Positions 40,469 through 49,532 of a DNA stretch of 64,000 bases are shown piece after piece. Positions within the stretch are counted from its first letter, which is position 1, and each line of letters begins with the position of its first letter. The notes under the pieces are model-generated. The model made no database searches and was not told the origin of the DNA. It saw only the letters and a list, made by a program, of their open reading frames with translations. The position numbers were made by a program, and so were the translations under genes. Location of the stretch: assembly GCA_963667845.2 (NCBI GenBank), contig CAXXVL010000002.1, positions 2,528,001 through 2,592,000 of the forward strand. The letters are read 5' to 3'. Source of the stretch: Smithellaceae bacterium (lineage in GTDB: Bacteria > Desulfobacterota > Syntrophia > Syntrophales > Smithellaceae).

Positions 40469-40616
40469 ACTATTGGTCACTTGTAATTCGCTTATTTGTT
40501 TAAATTTTATTTTTCTATCTGGATTTTTGCGTCAATTTATGATTCATTACCGTCTCACTGACACAACATTGAGACACCTGCGAAACATTTTAATTTGACC
40601 AAATGGAGAAGATAAA

Positions 40617-42641
40617 ATGATTCAGGAAACCAAATCGGAAAAACGTCGATTGCTCCGGGATATTAATCTGATGGGAGCAGATTATTATGAGCGGTTTTAT
40701 CAGCAGACGTTTATGGAATGGCGGAAATTTATTGCGGGTGATCCCAATGTAGACATATCCATTGTCCCGCAAGAGATTTTGGATTCCTGGCGGCGTTGCG
40801 CCAAACTGGGTGTTGATCCACTGTCTGAACCGGATAATAAGGTGCTGGCTGGAAAAGAATTAGAAGAACTGCTTCTTAAAAATAAAGAGTTCATCGATGT
40901 CAGCCGTCCCTTCATGAAGAATCTCTATCGTTTCCTGGAAGGGTCCGGCTTTATGGTCACTCTTCTGGACCGCGACGTGTATGTTCTGGAAGTGCTGGGT
41001 GATCCTGAAGAGGAAAAACTGATCCGCACCGCCAAAGGATTTGTCGGCGCCTGCTGGCATGAAAAATATTCGGGGAATTCGTCCGCGGGAACCGTGGCCT
41101 TTTATAAGAAGCCCCTTCAGGTTTTCGGCTCTCAACATTATATCCGGTTGTATCAGGGGGCGACTGGTTCAGGCGCGCCGATCTTTGACGCAGACGGAGA
41201 ATTTGTCGGCGTCATTACCCTTTTCGGCCGTTACTACCGGGCCAATCCCCATACGCTGGGCATGGCCGTCGCGGCGGCTGGCGCCATTGAAAACGAGCTG
41301 AGGATCGGCCGGGCTCTGGCCGAAAGCCGCGTGGCGGAAAGCTATCAACAGACGGTTATTTCATCGATCCAGGAGGCTCTCATCGCTGTGGATTCGGGAG
41401 GCCTCGTTACGCTGATCAACGACAATGCGCGCAAACGCTTCGGTCTCACGAATGTCAAGGTTGAGGGGCGGAAAATCCGGGATATCTTCAGCCAGGAAAA
41501 CCCGCAATTCTTTACGCTGATTGAAAACAGCGAAATCGTTACGGACAGGGAAGTCCGCATCTTTTCGAAGAATTTTTCGGGCGACTATACCCTCACATGC
41601 AATCCGATTCTCTCTCCCGATGAACGTGTCATCGGCAAAATCATCACCCTCAATGAGATTCAGCGCGCCAAGTCCATGGTGACCAAAATGATGGGGGCTT
41701 CCGCTAATCTCAGTTTCGATGATATTCTCGGGCAGAATTCCCGGTTCCTCATGACGGTGGACCAGGCCAGGATGGTGTCGCAAAGCAGTTCCAATGTGCT
41801 GCTGCTCGGGAAGAGCGGGACGGGCAAGGATATCTTCGCCCAGGCCATCCATAATGCGAGTGAACGCAAAAACGGACCCTACGTTGCCATCAATTGCGGA
41901 GCCATCCCCCGGGACCTGATCGCCAGTGAACTGTTCGGCCATGAGGAAGGGGCCTTCACCGGCTCGCGGCGCGGCGGGAACCAGGGCAAGTTTGAACTGG
42001 CGGACGGCGGGACGCTCTTTCTGGATGAAATCGCGGAAACACCTCTGGAACTGCAAACCGCTCTTTTGCGCGTGATTGAGGATAAATCCGTTTTGCGAAT
42101 CGGCGGCACCCGGGTCCGGCCGGTGAATGTACGCATCATTGCCGCCACCAACAAGGATCTCCGGGAGGAAGTCCGCAAAGGAAACTTCCGCGAAGACCTC
42201 TATTATCGGGCCAACGTCTTTGCGATCGAAATGGTTCCGCTCAAAGAGAGGCTCGATGATATCCCGCTTCTGACGGACTTTTTTATTAAACGATATGCCA
42301 GCGCCATGAAGAAAAGAATTACCAGAGTGGACAGGAAAGTGATCGAGGTCTTCATGAACTATTACTGGCCCGGCAATGTTCGCGAATTGCAGAACGCCAT
42401 TGAACGGATGATCAACTTTCTCAAGACGTCGGAGCTCACGGTGGAACACATCCCCGACCATATCCGGCATCCCGGCCATACGCTGGAAACACGGGAAGAC
42501 GCTGTTGCTCCTCAGGATGCCGAGCGCCTCACGATTTTAAAAATGTTGAATCAGAAGATGCGCAAGAAACGCATTGCCGAAAAAATGAACATCTCGCGGG
42601 CGACGCTCTATCGGAAGATGAAGCTCTTTGAGCTGAAGTGA
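40617..42641 (+). CDS. Sigma54-dependent activator (AcoR-like GAF-PAS-AAA+-HTH)
   Basis: [45 protein letters not shown]. Confidence 0.93.
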   Translation: MIQETKSEKRRLLRDINLMGADYYERFYQQTFMEWRKFIAGDPNVDISIVPQEILDSWRRCAKLGVDPLSEPDNKVLAGKELEELLLKNKEFIDVSRPFMKNLYRFLEGSGFMVTLLDRDVYVLEVLGDPEEEKLIRTAKGFVGACWHEKYSGNSSAGTVAFYKKPLQVFGSQHYIRLYQGATGSGAPIFDADGEFVGVITLFGRYYRANPHTLGMAVAAAGAIENELRIGRALAESRVAESYQQTVISSIQEALIAVDSGGLVTLINDNARKRFGLTNVKVEGRKIRDIFSQENPQFFTLIENSEIVTDREVRIFSKNFSGDYTLTCNPILSPDERVIGKIITLNEIQRAKSMVTKMMGASANLSFDDILGQNSRFLMTVDQARMVSQSSSNVLLLGKSGTGKDIFAQAIHNASERKNGPYVAINCGAIPRDLIASELFGHEEGAFTGSRRGGNQGKFELADGGTLFLDEIAETPLELQTALLRVIEDKSVLRIGGTRVRPVNVRIIAATNKDLREEVRKGNFREDLYYRANVFAIEMVPLKERLDDIPLLTDFFIKRYASAMKKRITRVDRKVIEVFMNYYWPGNVRELQNAIERMINFLKTSELTVEHIPDHIRHPGHTLETREDAVAPQDAERLTILKMLNQKMRKKRIAEKMNISRATLYRKMKLFELK

Positions 42642-42832
42642 AAAGGCGGGGAGCAAGGGAGAAATTCCCGGACATAGCAAAAATGCTCGCTTTCAAAGCA
42701 CAGCGTGCGGCTTGTGTGAAACCTCTTTTGAAAAAAGGAGAGGGGATATGTTGATATCCGATACGCCGGGAAAACGAATTTTCGACATTCATTTTTATGC
42801 TTGTCACAGCATCAGGCGAGGAAAGATTGGAA

Positions 42833-43678
42833 ATGATAAAAAATCGGACGATAACGACGGGGATTCTGTTAATTACATTTTGTATTCTTTTCGGATGTGC
42901 CGGTCTGCCGCAGCCGGAAGAAATGAAGGCTCAGGTTGTCGCTTATCATTTACCCAAACTCCCGGAAAAGGGAGAGGGGCTTGTCTATGTGGTACGTCCG
43001 TCATCACGCTACAAAACAATCAGATTCAATGTGTTCCTCGACAATCAAGATTCGAAGTCCGAAATAGGCTCCACGATGGGGAGCCAGTATATATATTTCA
43101 GTCTGATGCCGGGCGAGCATAAAGTATTGTCAAAAGGTGAAAACTGGGCGGAAACAAGCGTATCGGCAAAAGCAGGGGATATCCTATTTATCTTACAGGA
43201 ACCTGCCATGCCGATACTCAGAGGTGCAAGAAACAAACTCATAAGACTCGATGATTACGAAGGCAAATATCATGTAAAGACTTTAACCTTGGGAACGATC
43301 GCCAATCACAATCCGCCAAATATCGAGACAGCATCAGCACAGGCAGGATTTGCCCGCAATATCCAAGCCGACAGCTATAGAGGAATTGTTACAAATGGTA
43401 GATTTGCAAAAGGGGTGGGCTTTTCCAACATGAACTATAAACTTGAAGTGACAGCCGATAATGGCGACAAAATTATTTCTTATATAAGATCCGACTCTAA
43501 AGTGTTTGACGTCAGTGGCAATCAGGTAGATTGGACTAAGCTTTCCGGATTCAAAGGCAGAAAAGTAGAAATAGAATATTTCACCATAACAGATGCTACA
43601 GGCGGCGACCCGTCGCGCAGCGACTTTGCTTATGAAATCGGCGAAAAAGGAGTACGTGTGCTGCGCTTTCGCGATTGA
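42833..43678 (+). CDS. Lipoprotein with DUF2846-like N-terminal domain and extra C-terminal domain
   Basis: LFGC lipobox; GLVYVVRPS..FNVFLD..YIYFSLMPGEHKV. Confidence 0.7.
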   Translation: MIKNRTITTGILLITFCILFGCAGLPQPEEMKAQVVAYHLPKLPEKGEGLVYVVRPSSRYKTIRFNVFLDNQDSKSEIGSTMGSQYIYFSLMPGEHKVLSKGENWAETSVSAKAGDILFILQEPAMPILRGARNKLIRLDDYEGKYHVKTLTLGTIANHNPPNIETASAQAGFARNIQADSYRGIVTNGRFAKGVGFSNMNYKLEVTADNGDKIISYIRSDSKVFDVSGNQVDWTKLSGFKGRKVEIEYFTITDATGGDPSRSDFAYEIGEKGVRVLRFRD

Positions 43679-43751
43679 CCGTTTTCCTTTCTACAAAGCC
43701 TTTCCCGGCAGGGCAGAAAACTCTGGATCGGACAGATCTCGTTCCTTATGG

Positions 43752-44900
43752 AATTAAAGGGACAGTATAATTAATTATTGACAGAGAAAATATTCTTGGA
43801 TAAGTAGTTGCCCATGGTAAGAATAGCGAGAGTCGTTGTCCCCAGGAACCCGCATCATGTTACCCAGCGAGGCAACAGAGCGCAGGATTGCTTTTTTAAC
43901 GAAGATGACTATCGGGAATACGTGGCACTTATGGCAGCTTCGTGTCAACTCCACGGCGTCGAAGTATGGGCCTATTGCCTGATGTGCAATCATGTTAATA
44001 TGATAGCCGTTCCGGAAGAAACCGCTCACCTGAGGAGTGCAATCGGCGAAGCACATCGACGATATACGCGGATGATTAACGGCAGAAATAAGTGGCGGGG
44101 GCATTTGTGGCAGGAGCGGTTTTCGTCATTTCCGCTGGATGAGGCTTATCTCCTGGTCGCAGCGCATTACGTGGAATTAAACCCGGTTCGGGCCCAGCTG
44201 ACTGATGATCCCTGTTCCTATCTGTGGAGCAGTGCCAAATGCCATGTATTGGGACAAGATGATGAACTCGTTACGGTAAAACCTTTGTTGGATCTGGTTC
44301 CTGACTGGAGCGCATTTCTTCAGAAAGAAATAAAAGAGGAAGACTACGAGCAGATACGCCTGCATGAACGGACGGGCCGGCCCCTGGGCGATGAATTTTT
44401 TATACAAAAAGTGGAAACCTCATGTAATCGCATCCTGTGCAAGCAGAAACCCGGACCAAAACGAAAAGTGAGCGAAAAATAAAAGCAGCATTAATTAAGA
44501 TTTAATAAACATTCGTGAATCATATCAAATTGATAAGCGAATTGTCATCATTTTCCTGTCATAAAGTACCATTACACTGACTATTCTATAAAAATCTCTT
44601 AACTTGCCGATAATTCAAACATCTCAAGACGAACGGACCTGAAACCTTTTGGTTGAATGTGGGAAATGGCCGGGACAGTGCGTAAACGCCTGATCTTGCC
44701 GTTTTCCGCAAAGGGCGTTCCGAAGACGCGTGGGGTGTCCTCCCGGCCAAACTAACTAACACATAATATACTGTAATTATTTATATATTATTAAATATAA
44801 CAATTCCGTATATTCATCTGCCGGCGATAGATTAGGAGGTAAAAACTATTATTGACTAACATCAGCTGATGCAATAATTGGGTATACTGTCCCCTTAATT
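43752..44900 (+). mobile_element. Y1/RAYT-type element bounded by 18-bp inverted repeats
   Basis: AATTAAAGGGACAGTATA (43752-43769) and TATACTGTCCCCTTAATT (44883-44900), 17/18 complementary. Confidence 0.65.
43814..44482 (+). CDS. REP-associated tyrosine (Y1/HUH) transposase
   Basis: PHHVTQRGN, AYCLM.NHV, GHLWQERF, YVELNPVRA, WSSA; HUH reads H-V-N. Confidence 0.88.
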   Translation: MVRIARVVVPRNPHHVTQRGNRAQDCFFNEDDYREYVALMAASCQLHGVEVWAYCLMCNHVNMIAVPEETAHLRSAIGEAHRRYTRMINGRNKWRGHLWQERFSSFPLDEAYLLVAAHYVELNPVRAQLTDDPCSYLWSSAKCHVLGQDDELVTVKPLLDLVPDWSAFLQKEIKEEDYEQIRLHERTGRPLGDEFFIQKVETSCNRILCKQKPGPKRKVSEK

Positions 44901-44986
44901 ATTAGCATAGGGTATACAGTCAATGTGATCTATCAGCATCAAAAAAGAGGGAAAAGTAAACGGTCAAATCAAAAAGGAGAAAACAT

Positions 44987-47350
44987 ATGGTCAGTGTTAC
45001 GTCGAAAGGTGTATCCGGCGGTGCTCGGATAGAAAATTCGAAGAATAAGAGAAGTCAATGGCGAAGCCTGAAAATTATCGTATTTGCTGCACTCGGCATC
45101 GGCCTCATGCTCAGCGGATACGGCTGCGGTGGAGGAGGATCAGAAGGAATTTCAGCCCAGGTGGTGTCCGGTGTCGCTGCGGCCGGGAATACCCTGGCCG
45201 GTGAAGCGGCAATCAAAGATTCACAAGGCACAGAGAGGACAACAGTTATCGCGGGTGATGGGTCATTCGCGCTGGATATCACGGGCCTGAAAGGGCCATT
45301 TATCCTCAGAGCCGTCGGAACCAGCAAAGGAGTAAGCTATACACTTCATTCGTTCGCCGGCGGTCCGGGGATTGCCAATATCAACCCCTTTTCGAACGTA
45401 CTGGTGGCCAGTGCTGCGGGGATTAACGATCCGGCTCAGGTGTATACGAGTCCCGATTCGGCTACACTCAAGAATATTGAGACTAACCTTCCGCAATCGC
45501 TAATCGACCTCAAGGCCAAGCTTAAGCCGCTTTTGCAGAATTTCGCTGCGGAAAACATCAACCCTATTTCAGATCATTATGTAGCGGATGGTAATCATCT
45601 GGACGGCGTTTTTGACGGTGTCACAATATCTCTTGTGGGCGGAGTATTAACCGTCACGAATGCACTGACGAATATCGTCATATTCACGGGTCCGGTAACG
45701 GATATTGCGGCAGGATATTTTAACCCGGATCCGAGTTGTCTGCCCGCGCCCGGTTCACTCCCCGACATTCCCGCCGGACTTTCAGCGACGGCGGGCGCCA
45801 ATCAGGTGACTCTCTCCTGGACCGCGGTCGGCAATGCAACGTCCTATAATATTTACTGGTCAAAAACGGCGGGCGTTACAACGGTCACTGGAACAAAAAT
45901 CGTCGGAGCAACCAATCCCTTTATTCATACGGGTCTTACCGCGGCCACCAAATATTACTATGTCGTTACAGCGGTAAACGGCGCCGGAGAAAGCGCAGCA
46001 TCTGCCGAAGTATCTGCAACAACGAATGCGACGCCGCCTGCTCCAACGCTTCCTGCTGCACCCACGGGGGTGACGGCGACGGGAGGCACGAAACAAGTTA
46101 CTCTCTCCTGGTCGGCAGTTCCCACAGCAACATCGTATAATATTTACTGGGCGACGACATCCGGAGTTACCACAGCCAATGGAACAAAGATTACGGGAGC
46201 GACAAGCCCGGCCGTTCAGACGGGTCTTCCGGACAGCACGACCTACTATTACGTCATAACTGCCGTAAACGCTACCGGCGAAGGTGCTGCCTCGGTGCAG
46301 GTCGCCGCGACCACCATTACTCCGGCTCCGGTTCCCACTATTCCTGCCGCGCCGGCTGGATTGACGGCTACCGGCGGCACCCAGAGTGTCACCCTTTCCT
46401 GGTCGGCGGTTTCACAGGCAACGTCCTATAATCTCTACTGGTCGACGTCGTCCGGAGTTACAAAAGCCAACGGGACCAGAATTGCCGGTGTTACCAGTCC
46501 TTACGTTCAGACGGGATTGTCCGCTGGCACGACGTATTACTATATTGCCACGGCGGTGAACGCTGCGGGAGAAAGCGCTGCTTCATCTCAGGCCAGCGCG
46601 ACGACAGTCGCGCCTCCTCCCGCCGTTCCGGCTGCTCCGACAGGCGTTACGGCCACGGGCGGTTTAAAACAGGTAACGATTACCTGGGCGGCGTCTTCCG
46701 GGGCGACATCGTATAACGTTTACTGGTCGAAAACGGCGGGCGTCACTACGGTGACCGGTACAAAAATTACCGCTGCGGCAAGTCCGTATGTCCAAACCGG
46801 CCTGACGGATGGGACGACTTATTATTACATCGTAACAGCGGCAAATACCTCGGGTGAAAGCGCTGCTTCCTCCCAGGTCACTGCCACGACCACTGCGGCT
46901 CCGCCGACTGTTCCAGCCGCGCCGGCGGGCGTGACGGCCGTAGGCGGCTCAAAGCAGGTGACCGTCTCCTGGTCGCCGGTTTCGGGCGCCACGTCGTATA
47001 ACGTTTACTGGTCAACCACAACGGGTGTTACGACGGCGACCGGAACTAAAATCACCGGAGCGACCAGTCCGTATATTCATACGGGCCGCCTTGACGGCAC
47101 CGCCTATTATTATATTGTAACGGCGGTAAACAGCGCAGGGGAAAGCGCAGCATCTGTCCAGGTGACTGCGACAACGACGGCTGCAGCAGCGAATGGTGCG
47201 GCGCTCTACGCCAGCAAGTGCCAGAGCTGCCACGGTCCGCTGGCCAGCACCGATATTGTGGGCAGAACCCTGCAATCGGTGAAGAACGCCGGAATGACTC
47301 AGGGCTTGACGGACGCAGAGGTGCAGGCCATCATCAGCGTCCTGCCTTAA
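44987..47350 (+). CDS. Lipoprotein with five fibronectin type III repeats and a C-terminal c-type heme domain
   Basis: Hydrophobic segment ending GYGC then GGGGS; five P..P.G..AT.G..QV..SW..YN.YW..YYY repeats; GAALYASKCQSCHG. Confidence 0.85.
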   Translation: MVSVTSKGVSGGARIENSKNKRSQWRSLKIIVFAALGIGLMLSGYGCGGGGSEGISAQVVSGVAAAGNTLAGEAAIKDSQGTERTTVIAGDGSFALDITGLKGPFILRAVGTSKGVSYTLHSFAGGPGIANINPFSNVLVASAAGINDPAQVYTSPDSATLKNIETNLPQSLIDLKAKLKPLLQNFAAENINPISDHYVADGNHLDGVFDGVTISLVGGVLTVTNALTNIVIFTGPVTDIAAGYFNPDPSCLPAPGSLPDIPAGLSATAGANQVTLSWTAVGNATSYNIYWSKTAGVTTVTGTKIVGATNPFIHTGLTAATKYYYVVTAVNGAGESAASAEVSATTNATPPAPTLPAAPTGVTATGGTKQVTLSWSAVPTATSYNIYWATTSGVTTANGTKITGATSPAVQTGLPDSTTYYYVITAVNATGEGAASVQVAATTITPAPVPTIPAAPAGLTATGGTQSVTLSWSAVSQATSYNLYWSTSSGVTKANGTRIAGVTSPYVQTGLSAGTTYYYIATAVNAAGESAASSQASATTVAPPPAVPAAPTGVTATGGLKQVTITWAASSGATSYNVYWSKTAGVTTVTGTKITAAASPYVQTGLTDGTTYYYIVTAANTSGESAASSQVTATTTAAPPTVPAAPAGVTAVGGSKQVTVSWSPVSGATSYNVYWSTTTGVTTATGTKITGATSPYIHTGRLDGTAYYYIVTAVNSAGESAASVQVTATTTAAAANGAALYASKCQSCHGPLASTDIVGRTLQSVKNAGMTQGLTDAEVQAIISVLP

Positions 47351-47367
47351 AAGCGGTAACACTTAGC

Positions 47368-47399
47368 AAAAGGGGCTCCTGATGGAGCCCCTTTTTTTT
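47368..47399. terminator. Bidirectional rho-independent terminator
   Basis: AAAAGGGGCTCC-tgat-GGAGCCCCTTTTTTTT. Confidence 0.85.
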
Positions 47400-47450
47400 A
47401 CGTAACGCCGTCTCATTTCTTTTCCGGTGAAGAGTTTTCAGGCCGGCCTT

Positions 47451-49508
47451 CTACAGTTCGCAGGCAACGTTGTGTCCCACGTGGATTGCGTCAAAAGCTT
47501 TGCCGATTTGCCGGGCGTCGCCGATCACCTTGCAGGGAATGTCCTTTTTTTTGCAGATTTCCGCGAGCGGATTGTAGGGTCGGGATCCGAGGGCCAGCAC
47601 AACGGTGTCGGCGGGAATTTCCTGCATGCCGTCTGCTGTTTCGGCGATGACACCGGCCGGCGTAATTTCCTTCGCCTTTGTATTCGTCTTGATGCGGACG
47701 CGATGGCGGTGCATGTCCTGCATCATCCCCCATCTCGTTGACTTGCCGATATCCGGGCCGACATGGTCAAGCATCTCGATGATGACGATTTGTTTGGTTC
47801 CGATCGTCGCGAATTTATAGAGATCCTCAATGGGCTCCGCCCGGTTGACGAACAGGAATTTGACCGCATCGGCGGGCAAGGTGCCTTTTTCGGCCAGGAA
47901 GAGCGCCGTTTCCACGCCGACCGCGCCGCCGCCGATGATCGCGACGCGCGATCCTACGCGAACCCGGGAGGCGAGTACGTCCCAGGCGCCGACGACATGC
48001 GGCAATCCGGCGCCCGGAATGGACGGCACAATTTCCACGGCGCCTGTTGCCAATAATACGATGTCCGGTTTTTCCCTGGCGATGACGTCTTCATTCACCT
48101 CTTCGCCGAGAACAACTCGCTTTACGCCGCTGGGTTCCAGCTGGGCCTGCAAGTCCTTCGCCAGTATGGTAAACTCTTCACGGCCGGGAGGACTTCCGGC
48201 GATCATGAGCTGTCCGCCGAGCTGTCCGCTTCTTTCATAAAGCACCACGTCATGACCGCGCTTTGCCGCCGCGGCTGCCGCGGACATTCCTGCCGGACCG
48301 CCCCCGCAGACCAGTATTTTCTTCGGAGTATCCGTTTTCCCGGAGATTGCCGTGAGTTCATGTCCCGCCAGGGGGTTGCACAGGCATTCCACGGCTTGCA
48401 CCACGAAGAGGTGATCAAAGCACCCTTGGGCGCAGGCAATGCAGTGGATGATTTCGTTTTCTCTGTTTTCGGCCGTCTTTTTCGGCAGGTCGGGATCGGC
48501 GATCAGCGGCCGGCCCATGGCCACCATGTCGCAGAGGTCGTCTTCGATCATCTGGCGGGCTGTCTGCGGATCGTTGATGCGGTGCCCGGCGATGACCGGA
48601 ACGTCGACGCATTCCTTGATTCCCCTGGCCAGATAAGCATAAGCGGCGCGCGGCACTTCCGTGACGAGCTGCGGCACCCGTGCTTCGTGCCACCCGACAT
48701 TCACGGAGATGGCATCTGCGCCGTTCTTAACGATCAGCGCAGTGTATTCCTGAAGGCGGATTCTTCCGATCCCGCTGGCCATCAGATCATTTCCATTGAT
48801 CCGCCACATCACCGGATAGTCGCTGCCCACGGCATTGCGGACTGCCGATGCAATCTCCAAACCGAAGCGCATGCGGTTTTCCCAAGACCCGCCGTATTCG
48901 TCATCCCGTTGATTGGTCAATTCCGATAGAAACTGGCTGATGAGGTAACCCGTCCCGGACAGAATCTCGACAAAGTCAAATCCCGCCTTTTTCGCCCGGA
49001 CGGCCGCAGCGGCAAAATCCCGGACCGTCTGTTTGACTTCTTCCAATTCCAGCGCCCGCGGCGTTTCACGCGTGAAATTGGAGAAGACGGCGGACGGCGC
49101 CACGGCCTGTCTTCCTTCCATCATGATAGAATGGGCATATCGGCCCGCGTGGTTCAATTGCAGGCCCGCTTTTCCGCCCCCCAGTTGCATGGCTTCACGC
49201 AAATGTGACAGCCCCTCGATGAAATCATCTTTATACGCTCCGATAACACCGCCGCCGGAATATTCATTGACGCCGGCATATCCGGCGATCAAGGCGCCCG
49301 CTCCTCCGCGCGCCCGGGCGGCGTAGAAGGCGATGATCCGATCGCCGATATACGGCGTCGTGGTCATGTTGAGATGCATGGCCGGCATCAGAATGCGATT
49401 GGGGACGACCATTTTATTGATGGTGATGGGCGAAAAAAGGACATCGTTTCTTTGAGCCTGCTTATCCTTGTCTGAATTAGTTTGCGATGATTTGTTCAAA
49501 AACTCCAT
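47451..49508 (-). CDS. NADH:flavin oxidoreductase, 2,4-dienoyl-CoA reductase (FadH)-like
   Basis: QLNHAGRY, GYLISQF..NQRDDEYGGS.ENR, WHEARVP, CIACAQGC, GGGPAG. Confidence 0.88.
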   Translation of the reverse strand: MEFLNKSSQTNSDKDKQAQRNDVLFSPITINKMVVPNRILMPAMHLNMTTTPYIGDRIIAFYAARARGGAGALIAGYAGVNEYSGGGVIGAYKDDFIEGLSHLREAMQLGGGKAGLQLNHAGRYAHSIMMEGRQAVAPSAVFSNFTRETPRALELEEVKQTVRDFAAAAVRAKKAGFDFVEILSGTGYLISQFLSELTNQRDDEYGGSWENRMRFGLEIASAVRNAVGSDYPVMWRINGNDLMASGIGRIRLQEYTALIVKNGADAISVNVGWHEARVPQLVTEVPRAAYAYLARGIKECVDVPVIAGHRINDPQTARQMIEDDLCDMVAMGRPLIADPDLPKKTAENRENEIIHCIACAQGCFDHLFVVQAVECLCNPLAGHELTAISGKTDTPKKILVCGGGPAGMSAAAAAAKRGHDVVLYERSGQLGGQLMIAGSPPGREEFTILAKDLQAQLEPSGVKRVVLGEEVNEDVIAREKPDIVLLATGAVEIVPSIPGAGLPHVVGAWDVLASRVRVGSRVAIIGGGAVGVETALFLAEKGTLPADAVKFLFVNRAEPIEDLYKFATIGTKQIVIIEMLDHVGPDIGKSTRWGMMQDMHRHRVRIKTNTKAKEITPAGVIAETADGMQEIPADTVVLALGSRPYNPLAEICKKKDIPCKVIGDARQIGKAFDAIHVGHNVACEL

Positions 49509-49532
49509 ATAACCTCCGTAAAATTTGAAAAT

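Noticed and set aside
45760..47180. Repetitive DNA in the FN3 gene as a DGR or phase-variable repeat
   Set aside because: Similarity is at the protein-domain level with many synonymous differences, and no reverse transcriptase is nearby.
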